Below the pieces are notes generated by a model. It did not search any database and had not been told where the DNA came from. It saw nothing but the letters and a program-made list of their open reading frames with translations. Source: the human T2T-CHM13v2.0 reference genome, Homo sapiens. From it: a DNA stretch of 64,000 bases. How positions within the stretch are numbered: position 1 is the first letter of the stretch; every line of letters starts with the position of its first letter. The stretch is taken from assembly GCF_009914755.1 (NCBI RefSeq), contig NC_060925.1; one strand, written 5' to 3'. Made by a program: the position numbers and the translations under genes. Of the stretch, positions 1-14,560 are shown piece after piece.

Positions 1-150
1 GTGAGACTTATTCACTACCACGAGAACAGTATGGGGGAAGCTGCCCTCATGATTCAGTTATCTCCCACCGGGACCGTCCCACAACACGTGGGAATTATGG
101 GAGCTACAATTCAAGATGAAATTTGGGTAGGGACATAGCCAAACCATATC
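1..150 (-). mobile_element. THE1 (MaLR) LTR fragment, cut by the window edge
   Basis: ...gggacatagccaaaccatatc is the reverse complement of the THE1 LTR start. Confidence 0.85.
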
Positions 151-215
151 TGGGTCTTATTTTGCTTTCCTTCTTCCATCAAGTCTCAGATCCTTGCTGA
201 CATAAATATTCTGTG

Positions 216-365
216 AGCTGGGTGTGGTGGCTCATGCCTGTAATCCCAGCACTTTGGGAGGCTGAGGCAGGAAAATCACTTGAACCCAGGTGGCAGAGGT
301 TGAAGTGAGCCAAGATTGAGCTACTGTACTCCAGCCTGGGAGCAAGACTCCCGTCTCAAAAAAAA
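216..365 (+). mobile_element. Monomer-length Alu (left-arm start joined to right-arm end)
   Basis: Alu 5' sequence runs directly into right-arm sequence and A tail; flanked by atattctgt repeats. Confidence 0.8.
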
Positions 366-1181
366 TATATATATATGTGTGTGTATATATATATTCTGTA
401 AATATTTATTTACTCAACAAATATTTGCTGGGCATTACTACATGCTGGATATTGTTCTAGATGCTGGAAATACTGCAATGAATAAAACAGATGAATACCC
501 TGTCTTCAAGGCACTTACATCCCAGTGGGGAGAGATGAAAAATAAATATTTCTTTGTCTCTATCTATCTGTTTTATCTCTATCACGATCACTATCTATCT
601 ATACGTCAGATGTCTCTAATGAGAAATGAAGCAGGCTCAGGCTAAGGCAGATACAGAGAGTGACAGTGAATGGCAGTGATAGTTTGCTTTTTGCATTGAC
701 ATGGCCCCATGTGTAAGTGATTATTTATGAATGAGGGACTCGATGCTAGATGGCACTCATCCAGAGGGGCAGGATCACACCTGTGCTGCTCTCCACTGTG
801 TACCAAGTAACTAGAAAAGTAAATCACATGTAGTAGGGGATCAAGGATTGTTGAAAAAAATAAATACATGAGTAAAAAAATGAATGCTAGGTTTCGCACA
901 TCAGGGCTTTGCTCATTTCCAGTGTTTTGCCCTTTCTTTTCTCACTTTACATGGCATTAGCATTTTCACCACATGCAATGATAAAATGTCCTTTGCCAGA
1001 GACAGCGCAGTGGTGATTAAGTGCTGGAGTAAGCAAAGATGGAAAGGGCCTCTGCCTCTCAGAGTGCTGGGATTACAGGCATAAGCCATCGTGCCTGGTG
1101 GGAAAGGGAAGGAAAAGAGAGGGAATTAAACTGGTTTTACAGAAGACAAAGGGTTCTGTTTGCCCATGTGTATCCTACTTT

Positions 1182-1188
1182 TACTAAC
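1182..1188 (+). promoter_or_regulatory. Branch point TACTAAC of the intron before exon 4
   Basis: perfect consensus; branch A lies 26 nt upstream of the exon start. Confidence 0.75.
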
Positions 1189-1212
1189 ACTTCTTGTCTT
1201 TGTAAATGCAAG

Positions 1213-1274
1213 ATAACGGCTCTCAAAATCAAGTACAATCCTTTTGCCAAAGCCTTCTTGGATGCCAAGGAAAG
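1213..1274 (+). CDS. TBX19: TBX19 coding exon (exon 4 in human numbering), end of T-box domain, ITALKIKYNPFAKAFLDAKE(R)
   Basis: T-box C-terminal motif ITxLKIxxNPFAKxF; acceptor aag| at 1210-1212, donor AG|gtaagt at 1275; 62 nt. Confidence 0.97.
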
Positions 1275-1403
1275 GTAAGTAAAGAAATTTTAGTGAAATC
1301 TTCTAATGAATGATTTATGCAAATACAAATGTGGAATTTATGATTATCTTGAAAGGAACTAGACTAGTAGCACTTTCATTACCTTTTATAGAAATAGGCT
1401 TTC

Positions 1404-1734
<331 letters not shown>

Positions 1735-2082
1735 CTAGAAAATTCAAATCATAATTATCTATTCGTTATAATAGGGATCCGGGAGAACTGTTAACTAACA
1801 ATTTTTTTTAAAGACCTGTTTTACTATGAATTCTTGAAAGTAGCACAATCACATTAAAAAAATTAAATGATTTAGATTTATAATAATTCACTCTGCCTTT
1901 TTCCTAATTACTTCTGAGTAGCATGGCATTAATAAATTGCTTTTTTAAAACTACATTTAGCCTAGGAAAAGTGAAAAATGGAGACAGGTTCACATTTCCT
2001 CTGCTGAGAAAAGAAGTCGGAGACTTCTGGGGGTATGAGTGATGATTCTGCTACTTCGGGGCAGCGACCTGCCATCTCTATA

Positions 2083-2330
2083 TCTTTTCTTTCTTCCTTC
2101 CTTTCTCTCTTTTTTCCTTTCTTTCTTTCCCTTCTTTCCCTTTCCTTCTTTTCCTTCCTTCCTTCTTTTTCTTTCTTCCTTTCCTTCCTTCCTTTGCTTC
2201 CCTCCTTTCCTTCCTTTCCTTCCTAGCTTTCCTTCTTCCCTTCCCTTCCATTCCCTTCCCTTCCCTTCCCTCCCTCCTCTCCTCTCCTCCCCTCCCTCCC
2301 TCCCTCCCTCCCTCCCTTCCTTTCCTTCCT

Positions 2331-2393
<63 letters not shown>

Positions 2394-2443
2394 CTCTCTC
2401 TCTCTTTCTTTCATTCTTCCTTCCTTCTTTCTTTTTTTTTTTT
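2083..2443. repeat. ~360-bp polypyrimidine compound microsatellite (CCTT/CTTT/CCCT/CT)
   Basis: almost purine-free on the + strand; continuous with the tail of the adjacent Alu. Confidence 0.95.
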
Positions 2444-2710
2444 GAGACAGAGTCAGGCTGGAGTGGCACTATCTTGGCTCACTGCAACTTCTGCTTCCTG
2501 GGTGCAAGCGATTCTCATGTCTCAGCCTCCCTAGTAGCTGGGATTACAGGTGGCCACCACCATGCCCAGCTAATTTTTTATGTTTTATTTTTAGTGGAGA
2601 CAGGGTTTTGCCATGTTGGCCAGGCTGGTCTTGAACTCCTGACCTCAGGTCATCCACTCGCCTCGGCCTCCCAAATTGCTGAGATGACAGGCTTGAGCCA
2701 CCGTGCCCAG
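2444..2710 (-). mobile_element. AluS
   Basis: dimeric Alu, reverse orientation. Confidence 0.9.
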
Positions 2711-2984
2711 ACTCTATGTCTTTTGCATCCCAGGAAAAAGAAGATGATGGTGCTTATCACTGACTTTTTAATTGACAAAGCCTACAGTATAATATGATTA
2801 TCTTTTTAATGTTCAGATTTTATTGCTTGAGTTTCAAATCTTTTAAATAGTTTTTATAACTGTCTAATCTTTCCTGTTCACCTTAAAGGCTCTGATAAGG
2901 CTCTAGATTAATGGACAGATGTTCATAATGATGCATCACATGACCCTGTCCTGTCCAATATTTGAATATATTATTATTATTATT

Positions 2985-3265
2985 TTAGAGATGGGGTCTT
3001 GCTCTATCACGCGGACTGGAGTACAGTGGTGTGATATAGCTCATTGCAGCCTTAAATTCCTGGGCTCAAGCTATCCTCCTGCTTCAGCCTCCCAAGTAGT
3101 GGGGACTACAGGCATGTGCCACCATGCCTGGCTATGTGTTTTTTTTAAAGAGACAGGGGCTCTCAGTATGTTGCCCAGACAGTCTCAAACTCCTGGCCTC
3201 AAGTGATCCTCCTGCCTCCGCCTCCTTAGTTGCTGAGATTGCAGGAGTGAGCTACTGTGCCTAGC
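2985..3265 (-). mobile_element. AluJ
   Basis: diverged Alu with (ATT)n tail; flanks tccaatatttgaata / tccaatattggaata. Confidence 0.85.
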
Positions 3266-3384
3266 TCCAATATTGGAATAAATTATGATGATATACAAGA
3301 CACACTTATAACGTTTTCAGTTAACAAAAGGCCTAAAGGATAAACTGATATGTGAGATGACACAATCTAGATTCAAAGTGACAG

Positions 3385-3560
3385 TAGCATGGTATAATAC
3401 AAAGAATTTAGGACTTTGAGTAAGAGGTCCTGACTGAATCCTTGCTCTGTAATTTACTGGCTGTTTGTTCTTGCATAAGTCAGTTTACCTCCTCGAGATC
3501 CACTTTTCTAATCTACAAAATTAGAAAAATATGTTAATATTTCCCTCACAGGGTCATTGG
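3385..3560 (+). mobile_element. MIR
   Basis: degenerate MIR core (gaatccttgctctg...gcataagtcagtttacctc...ctcacagggt). Confidence 0.6.
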
Positions 3561-3861
3561 TGGATCTAGCATATCACATATGTAATTGTGCCATGGAATT
3601 GTGCTGTTATTATTGCTTGAATCTTGTCAGTCAGGAGCAATATCCCCAAATTATTCAGATCAAAATAAACAGGGATAGCTGTAAATGTGGTAAAGAGGGG
3701 TAAACAGTAAAACTGCAACTCCAAGAGCAATTGCACAAGTAGAGACAGCACCCCGAAGGAAGGAGAATGGGGAAGGACAGGAGCTTAGGAAAAAGGTGTT
3801 TGGTTTTCTTATTCTAAGAAATTGATTGCTCTTCAAGGAGAATTTTGGGTATGCTTTATAG

Positions 3862-4068
<207 letters not shown>

Positions 4069-4711
4069 TAAGGACTTCCAAATCAAAACCCAACACACAG
4101 TTTATTCTATTAAGGACAAATTTGTGCCCTTTCCAGAATTCCAGAGAGAGAGCCAATGGTCCTAGGCTTAAGAGACTTAAAAAAATCTTAGGCAGGAGAT
4201 AAGAATGAAAATGATGAATTTCTTAGACTCTGGTTTTCTTGTCAGTAAGGCTCTGAGCCCTCAACAGTGTGTTCTCGGCTTGCCTCCTAACGTTATGCTT
4301 GCCACTCTGGTCTCTCTGTTTTGGAGTTCTCCTGTTCTTAGTGTTTGCTAATTTTGGAGTTGGTTCCCATAGCAATGTGTCATGCAGGCTGTAGCCTCCA
4401 TGGGGAAGAGTCTTTATTTGTGGGCTGGAAGGCTGTAGGAAGAGGTGGAGTAATATAGCTGGGATTCTGAAGGTAGTGTTGGATGTTCCCATCAGGGTGT
4501 TACCTTGTCCATGTCCCAGGATGGTGGAGGGAATCCTCTGCAGCTGCAATGCAACCCACGATCAGTGACATCAGAGTAGGAAAGTTAACCCTGATGTCTG
4601 AAACCCTCTTTAATTTGGATTATATTGGCTTGCAAAGATCCCTTATGCAGTTTGCCAGCTGCAGAGTTCTTTACTTCTTCCTTCCCTTCAATCTTACTGC
4701 ACCTTCCATAA

Positions 4712-5054
<343 letters not shown>

Positions 5055-5076
5055 AAAAGCACTCTTTAAAAATGAC

Positions 5077-5498
5077 TGTCAACCTAAATGAAAAAACTGA
5101 GGCAACATTAATATAAGTAAAAAGTTTATTTGGGTCAAGTTTGAGGACTACAGCTTGGGAGCACAGATTCAAGTTCCCCTGAATATATACTTGGGTTAGC
5201 AGCAGTTACAAGTGGATTTTTAAAGGGAAAAATAAGAGGTGATTCATAAACTGTCTACTGTAACATGAGCTGCTGATTGGTTATATATTGTTCTTTGTAT
5301 CACACATTCCAGGAACGTGAAGATAATGGGTGAGGCAGCTAGTCAGGAACAAAAATGCCTTTAAAGAATTGCCCCCAGGCATGGGTGCAGGGGGTGCCCT
5401 TGACTGAAGCTGCTCCTCACACTCACATCCCTCTGGGTCTGATAAATTTTGCATGCCTCACATAACTCAGACTGTTCTGAGCTGTTTTTCTTTTATCA
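5077..5498 (-). mobile_element. ERV1 solo LTR (MER4-group like; subfamily uncertain)
   Basis: TG...CA termini, reverse-strand AATAAA (tttatt) and CCAAT (gattgg) layout typical of these LTRs. Confidence 0.6.
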
Positions 5499-6520
5499 CT
5501 TCCCCCTCAGTTTTTTCCTTTAGGTGGAATGAACTGGAATAAAAACCTCGTTTTCTAGGTTAGGGCCATGTGCAGAACCATAGGAGTTCAAAGTTCATGT
5601 GTTGCAATCTTCTCAGCAAACTTCTTGAGGTGTGTACATTATATGTGGCAAAGTCTGGTTCTGAGGGGCCACTTGCCTGGTTTTGCCCGCTGGGTGCATG
5701 AATCTTGATTCTGTTAGTCAGATGGGGACCCCTTGGGCCATAAGTTTGTGCAACTCTGGGAAAATGAAGATGACAAAAGGATTTGTTGGGAATGATTGTA
5801 ATATGAACTTTGTACAATTTGCTTACTTGTACTTAAAAAGTATTAAGCGAAGGCGGTGGGTTCTAATATCAAGCTCCATTTCCTCATTGCCGAAGCCCAG
5901 GTGACAATCCTTAGCCAATGTTCTTAAGGAACAGCTCTGTTTCTATCTGAATCCCCATCCACTGATCCCTTAGCTGAGGCATGGTCAGCGGGAGAACAAG
6001 CTTCTTGTTTTGGGGCCTGCAGTACTAAGTCTCAGTCTTTGCCCATAAACTCACTCGAAATAGTCTTCTGTTCAGAATCTTTCTACAAAACATTTTGCAG
6101 TCGTCCAAAATATTCTGCAAAATGCTTGCTGCCTGCCAGTAAATAAGTGGAATGAAAAAGAAGAAAAAAGGAAAAAAACCCCAAAACCAAAAAAAAACCC
6201 CAAAATGCTTGCTGTCAAGTTGTGCTAGGCCAGCTCTCCCTTTCTGTGCTGTCAGAATTCTCTTTGTGGGGTGGGGTTGGAAGGCATCATGATATCTCTT
6301 GCTTAGAGTGAGAACTGAAGGCACCTTCACACTCGGCAGAAATAGAGAGGCTTTCACTCTTCCTGCGTAACCACATTAATCATTCCCTACCTTCCCTGGT
6401 AGCTGAAGGTCCATGAGTTACATATACGTGTAATGCCTCCTAGACTGCCTTTTATTTTAATTAAGCCTGAAGCACCTTAACTTTGCATTTCTATTAACTT
6501 CTGCATTCAGATAGTATTTC

Positions 6521-6869
6521 TTTTTATTTATTTATTTATTTATTTTTGTTATACTTTAAGTTCTAGGGTACATGTTCACAACGTGCAGGTTTGTTACATA
6601 TGTATACATGTGCCATGTTGGTGTGCTGTACCCATTAACTCGTCATTTACATTAGATATATCTCCTAATGCTATCCCTCCCCACTCCCACTACCCCACGA
6701 CAGGTCCTGGTGTGTGATGTTCCCCTTCCTGTGTCCATGTGCTCTCATTGTTCAATTCCCACCTATGAGTGAGAACATGCGGTGTTTGGTTTTTTGTCCT
6801 TGCGATAGTTTGCTGAGAATGATGGTTTCCACCTTCATCCATGTCCCTACAAAGGACATGAACTCATCG
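6521..6869 (-). mobile_element. 5'-truncated L1PA (L1PA4-6 like) 3' end
   Basis: L1 3' UTR plus ORF2 C-terminus (...HRMFSLIGGN); (TTTA)n tail; flanking gtatttc repeats. Confidence 0.9.
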
Positions 6870-6940
6870 TATTTCATATTGCTATATTCCAGTGTTGCTT
6901 TAGAGGTTTTCCACCCTTTGATAGAGTCCTTTGATAGGAC

Positions 6941-8283
6941 TGTAACCACCTGATAGGTTCTTCCTGCTGGTTGCACAAAAAGATGTTACTGAGAAGGGGT
7001 CCTGATCCAGACCCCAACAAAGGGTTCTTGGACCTCATGCAAGAAAGAATTCAGGGCAAGTCCACAGAGTAAAGTGAAAGCAAGTTTATTTAGAAAGTAA
7101 AGGAATAAAAGAATGGCTACTTCATAGGCAGAACAGAGGCATGGGCTGCTCAACTGAGTATACTTATAGTTATTTCTTGATTATATGCTATACAGGGGGT
7201 GGATTATTCATAAGTTTTTCAGGAAAGGGGCGGGCAATTCCCACAGCTGAGGGTTGATTTCTCCCCTTTTTAGACCGCATAGGGTAACTTCCTGACATTG
7301 CCATGGCATTTGTAAACTATCATGGTGCTTGTTGAAGTGTCTTTTAGCATTCTAATGCATTATGATTCGCATATAACTAGCAGTGAGGATAACCAGAGGT
7401 CATTTTCATTGCCATCTTGGTTTTGGTGGGTTTTGGCCGGCTTATTTACTGCATCCTGTTTTATCAGCAAGGCCTTTGTTGTATGTTGTGCTCACCTCCT
7501 ATCTTATCCTGTGACTAAGAATTCCTAACCACCTGGGAATGCAGCCCAGTAGGTCTCAGCCTCACTTTACCCGGCCCCTATTCAAGATGGAGTCACTCTG
7601 GTTCAAACACCTCTGACACAAAGACCACAGCGTTGCAATAAAGAAAGAGTTTAATAGACATGAATCTGGCCATGCCATTTTGGAGACAGAGCTCTTACTC
7701 AAATCAATCTCTTCAAAAACTTGTAGGTTAGGTTACCTTTTTCAGAGGCAATTTCAGGGAAGAAGTGGGGGTAGCTAGACAATAGGTGCTTGCTGCTGAT
7801 TGGTTGGATCAGAGATGAAATCACAGGGAATTGAAGCTGTCCTCTGGTGCTGAGTCACTTCTGGGTGGGGCCACAGGTGGGGTTGGTGGGTCCAGGTGGA
7901 GCCACTGGTGTCAGATATGCCAAAAACCTGAAAAGATATCTCTAAAGGCCTATCTTAGGTTCTACAATAGTGATGTTATCTGCAGGAGTAATTGGGAAAG
8001 TTGCATATATTGTAAAGTCTGGAATAATGGCTGGCAATCATTTGTGTCTACATCTTAGCAGAATTCAGGCTCCTCTATGCTCCTAGCCTGGTAGTCTTTC
8101 ATTAGCTTTACAAAGGCAGTTGAGTTTTAGAGAAGGATTACTATTATTTAAACTATAAGCTAAATGTCTCCCAAAGCTAGCTTGGCAGCTTGAAGGCTAA
8201 AGGCAAGAGGGAGATTGGGTGGATCAGAAGTCTTCAACTGCCAAAATTTTCTCACTGATACAATTTTTGCAAAGGCAGTTTCA
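6941..8283 (-). mobile_element. LTR8-family solo LTR interrupted by a MER4 LTR
   Basis: termini tgtaacc...ttttgcaaaggcagtttca; 4-bp TSD GGAC (6937-6940 / 8284-8287). Confidence 0.75.
6984..7618 (-). mobile_element. MER4-family LTR nested in the LTR8
   Basis: tgttact...ccagacccc...caagatggagtcactctggttcaaacacctctgaca; homologous to 36689-37242. Confidence 0.8.
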
Positions 8284-8418
8284 GGACTGGTCATGCATTT
8301 CCAGAGAAGCCAAGTTAGCTGCTCATGGGCAAGGGCAGTGGCAGCTAGGGGATGGTACCACCACACAGGCTGGCACCATCACACAGGCTGGCATCAGTGT
8401 CATTTACAAGAATTGTAG

Positions 8419-8694
<276 letters not shown>

Positions 8695-9837
8695 TGACTC
8701 TGCTGATTAAACCCTTGGGGTATGGGCTGGGGTGGGGGCAGTCAGGAGAAATGGATAAACAGCTAGGAAAAGGAGTAGCTAAAGATGGAACCCCGTCATC
8801 TAATATACATCTATGATATGATTGTTTTTGTGTTTTATTTTATTGTTATTTTATGTACAAATATTTGATTAACTAGGTATAACAATCTTAGTTTTTTTAA
8901 AAAAATTATTTCATAAAACCCCCAGTCTCCTGGTTTCTAATGAGTGTGAAAGGCCAGGACACTGATATTCTGAGCAGTTCAGGCAGATCTCTAAAAGCCA
9001 TGTCAAGTTGTGTGGGTCTGAAACACTCAGCTCATCACCTTCGCTTGGCTCTTTTCTATAGTTGCATTCATGGCTCAGTTCAGGGAATACTGGGTCTAGC
9101 ATTAGGGAATTATTAGGAAGGTCTCTGGGAAGCTGGATCCCTATATGTTCAGGCCTTAGTCTGATTCAGTTGGAGACATGCAAACCCAACCTTAGTATTT
9201 TAAAATAATTTTTGCTGTCTGTTTGTTTTAAGTTAGCAGTATTGTTTGTGTGCTTTTTTCTCATTGACTATTGCCTTTTCCACCTTTGCCTTATGTAGGC
9301 CCAGACCTTGCCTGATTATTAGATTTGTAGAAAGAAGGGAGAAATGAAAACAATGGTTACTTTTTCATTAAATTATTCATGCAACAAATATTTATTGAGG
9401 ATCGACTATATGCCAGGCTCTGTTTCAAGCACAGGAATGAAATGGACAAATGCCCTGCCCTTACGGAGATTCTATACTAATATGAAAAGATTGACAATAA
9501 AACAAGTAAAGTTCACGGCATGGGAGACAGTGGAGAGTATTTGGATTCCAGCCTCCTTCCTTCCTCAGTGACACCCTGAGCTCTGCATTTGTAGAGGGTC
9601 CTCCTGGTCACCAGCTACCTGTCCCTGTGTCCCTTAGCCTGCTATTCTTGGCAACCTCAACAGTTGCTGCCAGGTGGGGAGATTATGTAGCTTACCAATA
9701 GCAGAAACTGAGCAGTGGCTCACTCTACTTCCTCATTCTTTCCTGCGGTCAGCATCAAATCACATCTTCTGAGCACCTACTGTGTACCATGTTCTTCTAG
9801 GCAGTGGGATAGGAAAGTGATTAAGACATAGTTTCAG

Positions 9838-10198
<361 letters not shown>

Positions 10199-10204
10199 CT
10201 AATG

Positions 10205-10330
10205 TAATGCAGAAACATCACCTGGGAACTTGTTAGAAATGTAGACTTTCAGGCTCTACTCCTGAGTCAGGGTCTGCATTTTAACAAGATCACCAGGGGA
10301 TTCATAAGCGCTCTAGAATTTGAGAAACAA
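10205..10330. mobile_element. MER5A (hAT-Charlie)
   Basis: catcacctgggaacttgttagaaatg...ctgcattttaacaagatc; similar copies near 13885, 15300 and 18115. Confidence 0.7.
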
Positions 10331-10702
10331 TCTATAAAACACATAAGTCAGGGTGCCATGTGAATGAAGGAAAAAGAGCAGCTAGATATGCCTGGTGGAG
10401 GAGCAAAGGCTGCCCAGAGGGGTTAACATTTAAATGGAGCCTTGAAAGATGAATAGAAAAGGACAGAGTGGGAGTGGGCAGGGGTAAAAGGTGGAGGATG
10501 ACATGTGCCAAAGGCAGAGGTGCAGGGCATTCCAGGTAGAGAGAGTGGGCTGAGCAAAGATACAGAAAGGGGAAAGACCCTAGGTTGTCTGGGAACAGCT
10601 TTGGAGCAGAGTGTAGGGGGAGTGGGGACAGATGGAAGATGTAAGAGTTAGGGCTGGAGAGCTTGGAAGTGCCAGATCGTAAAAAGAAGAGACATGGCCA
10701 GG

Positions 10703-11081
10703 TGTCTTAGTCCCCTTTGTGGCGCTATAACAAAATACTTGAGATTGGGTAATTTATAAGCAATAGACCTTTATTTTCTCATAGTCCTGGAGGCTGGGGA
10801 GTTTAAGATTAAGGTGCCAGCATATGGTAAGGGTTTTTTGGCTGTATCATAACATTGCGAAAAGCATCACATGGATGGTGGGGGAAAGAGGGGGAGAGGG
10901 CAGGAGGCTAAACCCATCCTTTTATCAGAAACCCATTCCTGCAATACTGACATTAGCCTATTCCTGAGGGTAGAGCCCCCATGGCCTAGTCACCTCTTAA
11001 AGGCCCCACCTCTCAACACTCTTGCATTGGGAATTAAGTTCCCAACACATGAACCTTGGGGGACACATTCAAACCATAGCA
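10703..11081 (-). mobile_element. MaLR solo LTR (MST/MLT1A like)
   Basis: tgtcttagtcc...ggggacacattcaaaccatagca; flanks ccagg / ccaga. Confidence 0.8.
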
Positions 11082-11229
11082 CCAGAGATAGACGTTGGAA
11101 TCTTCCTTCTCTCTCTCCCTTCTCCCCCTTTTCCCTTCCTTCCTCCCTCCCTCTGCCTTCTTCCTCTCTCTTATTTGTATACTATTTATGCAAATAGAGA
11201 TTCAAAGAAATGGAAGACATTCTTCCCCC

Positions 11230-11600
11230 ACCCCCATAAAAACTGTATATATTCAAGGTGTACAACATGACGTTTTGATATACATATGCATAGTGAAGTG
11301 ATTACTGCTGTCAAGCAAATTAACATGTCCATCTCCTCACATAGTTACTTTTTTTCATGATGAGAGCACCTGAAATCTATTCTCTTAGCAAATTTCCAGT
11401 ACACAGTACAATATTATTAACTATAGTCTTCAGATTGTAAGTTAGATCTCTAGACTTATTCATCCTACACAAGTGCAACTTTATATCCTTTGACCAATAT
11501 CTCATTTCCCCAGCTTCCCACCCCTGGTAACCACTGTTGTACTCTCAGCTTCTATGTATTCAACTTTCTTAGAGTCCACATATAAGTGAGATCATATTAT
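11230..11600 (-). mobile_element. L1MA/MB 3' UTR fragment
   Basis: gtgtacaacatga...ccacatataagtgagatcat pattern. Confidence 0.7.
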
Positions 11601-11637
11601 GTTCTTCTTTTTGTAAAAAGGTATGTTTTTTTCTTAA

Positions 11638-11773
11638 TTTTTTTTTTTTTAATTGTAGAGATGGTGTCTCTCTGTGTTGCCCAGAGAGGTCTCAAATTCC
11701 TGGGCTCAAGGGATTCCCCTGCCTTGGACTCCCAAAGTGCCAGGATTACAGGTGTGGGCACCATGCCGGGCCA
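11638..11773 (-). mobile_element. Alu monomer (FLAM like)
   Basis: single left-arm Alu with T tail. Confidence 0.75.
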
Positions 11774-12166
11774 AAAGGCACTGTGCTTGAGATATTTAAA
11801 CCTACTCAGGGATGGCCGAGAAGAATAAGTTCCTGGACCTCAGAAATCTCATCTGGGGCACTGGTGGCCCTTAGGCTTAGCTTGAGGGGAGGCTGGTATG
11901 GTCCCTTCTTAAAAGAGAGTGACTGTGGTGAAATGAGTTAGACAGATCGGTGTTACCCAGGGCAAATCATTCTACCACCCTGAGGCGTATCTATAAGATG
12001 GAGTTAAGGAGTCACTGGTGTGAAGATTAAACTATGAATGACACCTGGCATATGGTTGACATTGAGGAAACCCACGTTTCTTTTTATTTTCTATTTCCCT
12101 GAGAAAGAACTAACAAACTGTTGGTGCCTGTAGTGCAAGCCATGGTTATATTTTGCCCTAGGATAA

Positions 12167-12370
<204 letters not shown>

Positions 12371-12582
12371 TAAGACCAACACCATCAACTCGCTCATTGG
12401 TCGTCTTGGGGGTTTACTTTAGCACTGGGGACTCAAGTTCATTCTTTTTCCTAGGGTGGCTTGGTCTAACCTATTGTCTTGACTTCTAAAACACTAAGAA
12501 GTCAAGGTGGCAACAGGATGGAGTTCTTTCATAAGGGGAGAAACAGCTCAGTCATATACTGTTTCTTTTATTTAGAAGGATA

Positions 12583-12890
<308 letters not shown>

Positions 12891-13511
12891 AAGGATAAAG
12901 ACATTATGGCCTGGGATCATTTGTCTTAAACCAGTCAGAAATACTTTAAACTATGGTGGTAGCAAATAGATACTGACTGTAGAGGAATTGAAGAGGAAAA
13001 GTATAAATATACACTGAGAAGTCAAGACCCATGATTGTCCATTTTCCCATGAGTCACCCATCCTAAAAGGGGGACATATTGTGGATGCCTGGCCTCACGA
13101 CCCTGGTAACAGAGTTAAGTGTAGCATGGGGGACCCCATGGTTTAATCCTCACACTAGCAACCTGCATTAAGTTCTGACTTCTAGAAATCTGAGTGGTGA
13201 AGTGGGAAGAGAAGGCCCCTTTGAGTCTGACAGGCAGGGGTTTGAGTCCCAGTTCTACCTCTTAGTAGTGATTTTGTGGCTTTGGGCAATTTTCTTAGCC
13301 TTACTGAGCTTCAGCTTTCTTATCGGTATCATGGAAATAATATGACCTACTTTGCAGAGTTACTGTGAGCATCAAATGCAGAAATGAGAAAATGCATTAA
13401 CGTGCTTTGTAAGCAGTAACATTCTGTGTAAATGTCAGCTATTATGTTCAATATGGTTATGCAGAATTTTGAGAAGGTCCAAAGTGGATTCAAAATTAAA
13501 AGATGAGGCTT

Positions 13512-13822
<311 letters not shown>

Positions 13823-14009
13823 TCAGATGACTTGTGATTTGTAAGTCCAGAAAAAGTTAGGAAAGGTTAGGAGAATGTAGTGGCTTAGAATCACCTGGGG
13901 TTGTTGTTAAAATGCAGAATCTGATTGGTAGGTTTGGGTGGGGGCCTGAGATTCTGCATTTCTACCAAGTTCCTGGGTGTTGCTGATATTGCTGTGGCCC
14001 ACAAGGGTG

Positions 14010-14560
14010 TAGAGCTGTGCTGTCCAGTGCAGCAGCCACCAGCCACCTGTAGTTGTCAAACACTTGAAATGCAGCTAGTCCAAGTTGAGTGTAATACTCA
14101 CATAGGATTTTGAAGATTTAGTGTGAAACAAAGAATAAAAATCCCAGTTTTTTATATATATATATAAAAAAATATAAAATATATATACCACTATATTACA
14201 TATATTTTTATATTTTTAAATATAATATAGACTTATATATAAAATAGATAATATATATTTTAATATATATAATTTGTATAAAAATATATATTTTAATATC
14301 TATAAAATATATATTAAAAATATATAAATATATAAAAATATAACAGTATATGTAAATATAGATGTTATTATGTAAATATTATGATGTAAATATATACATA
14401 TAAATATATATATTTACATCAAATGCATGTTGAAATAATATTTTGAATATTTTTGTTAAATAAAATATTAATAAATTAATTTTTTTCTAAATGTGGCTAC
14501 TAGAAAATTTAAACTTACACATGTAGTTGGCATTTATGGTTTGCATTTTGACGCTGATCT
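14010..14560. mobile_element. MER3/MER33-like hAT element containing a ~270-bp AT-rich expansion (14150-14420)
   Basis: gctgtccagt...gtggctactagaaaatttaaacttacacatgtagttggcatt pattern around a TA-rich tract. Confidence 0.6.

Noticed and set aside
774-783. TCACACCT T-box half-site as an autoregulatory element
   Set aside because: A single 8-mer is expected by chance and also occurs in Alus; no clustering or paired PITX site was seen
1990-2797. Long ORFs of 252 aa (+) and 159 aa (-)
   Set aside because: They are translations of the polypyrimidine microsatellite and an Alu; low complexity with no splice or protein-family support
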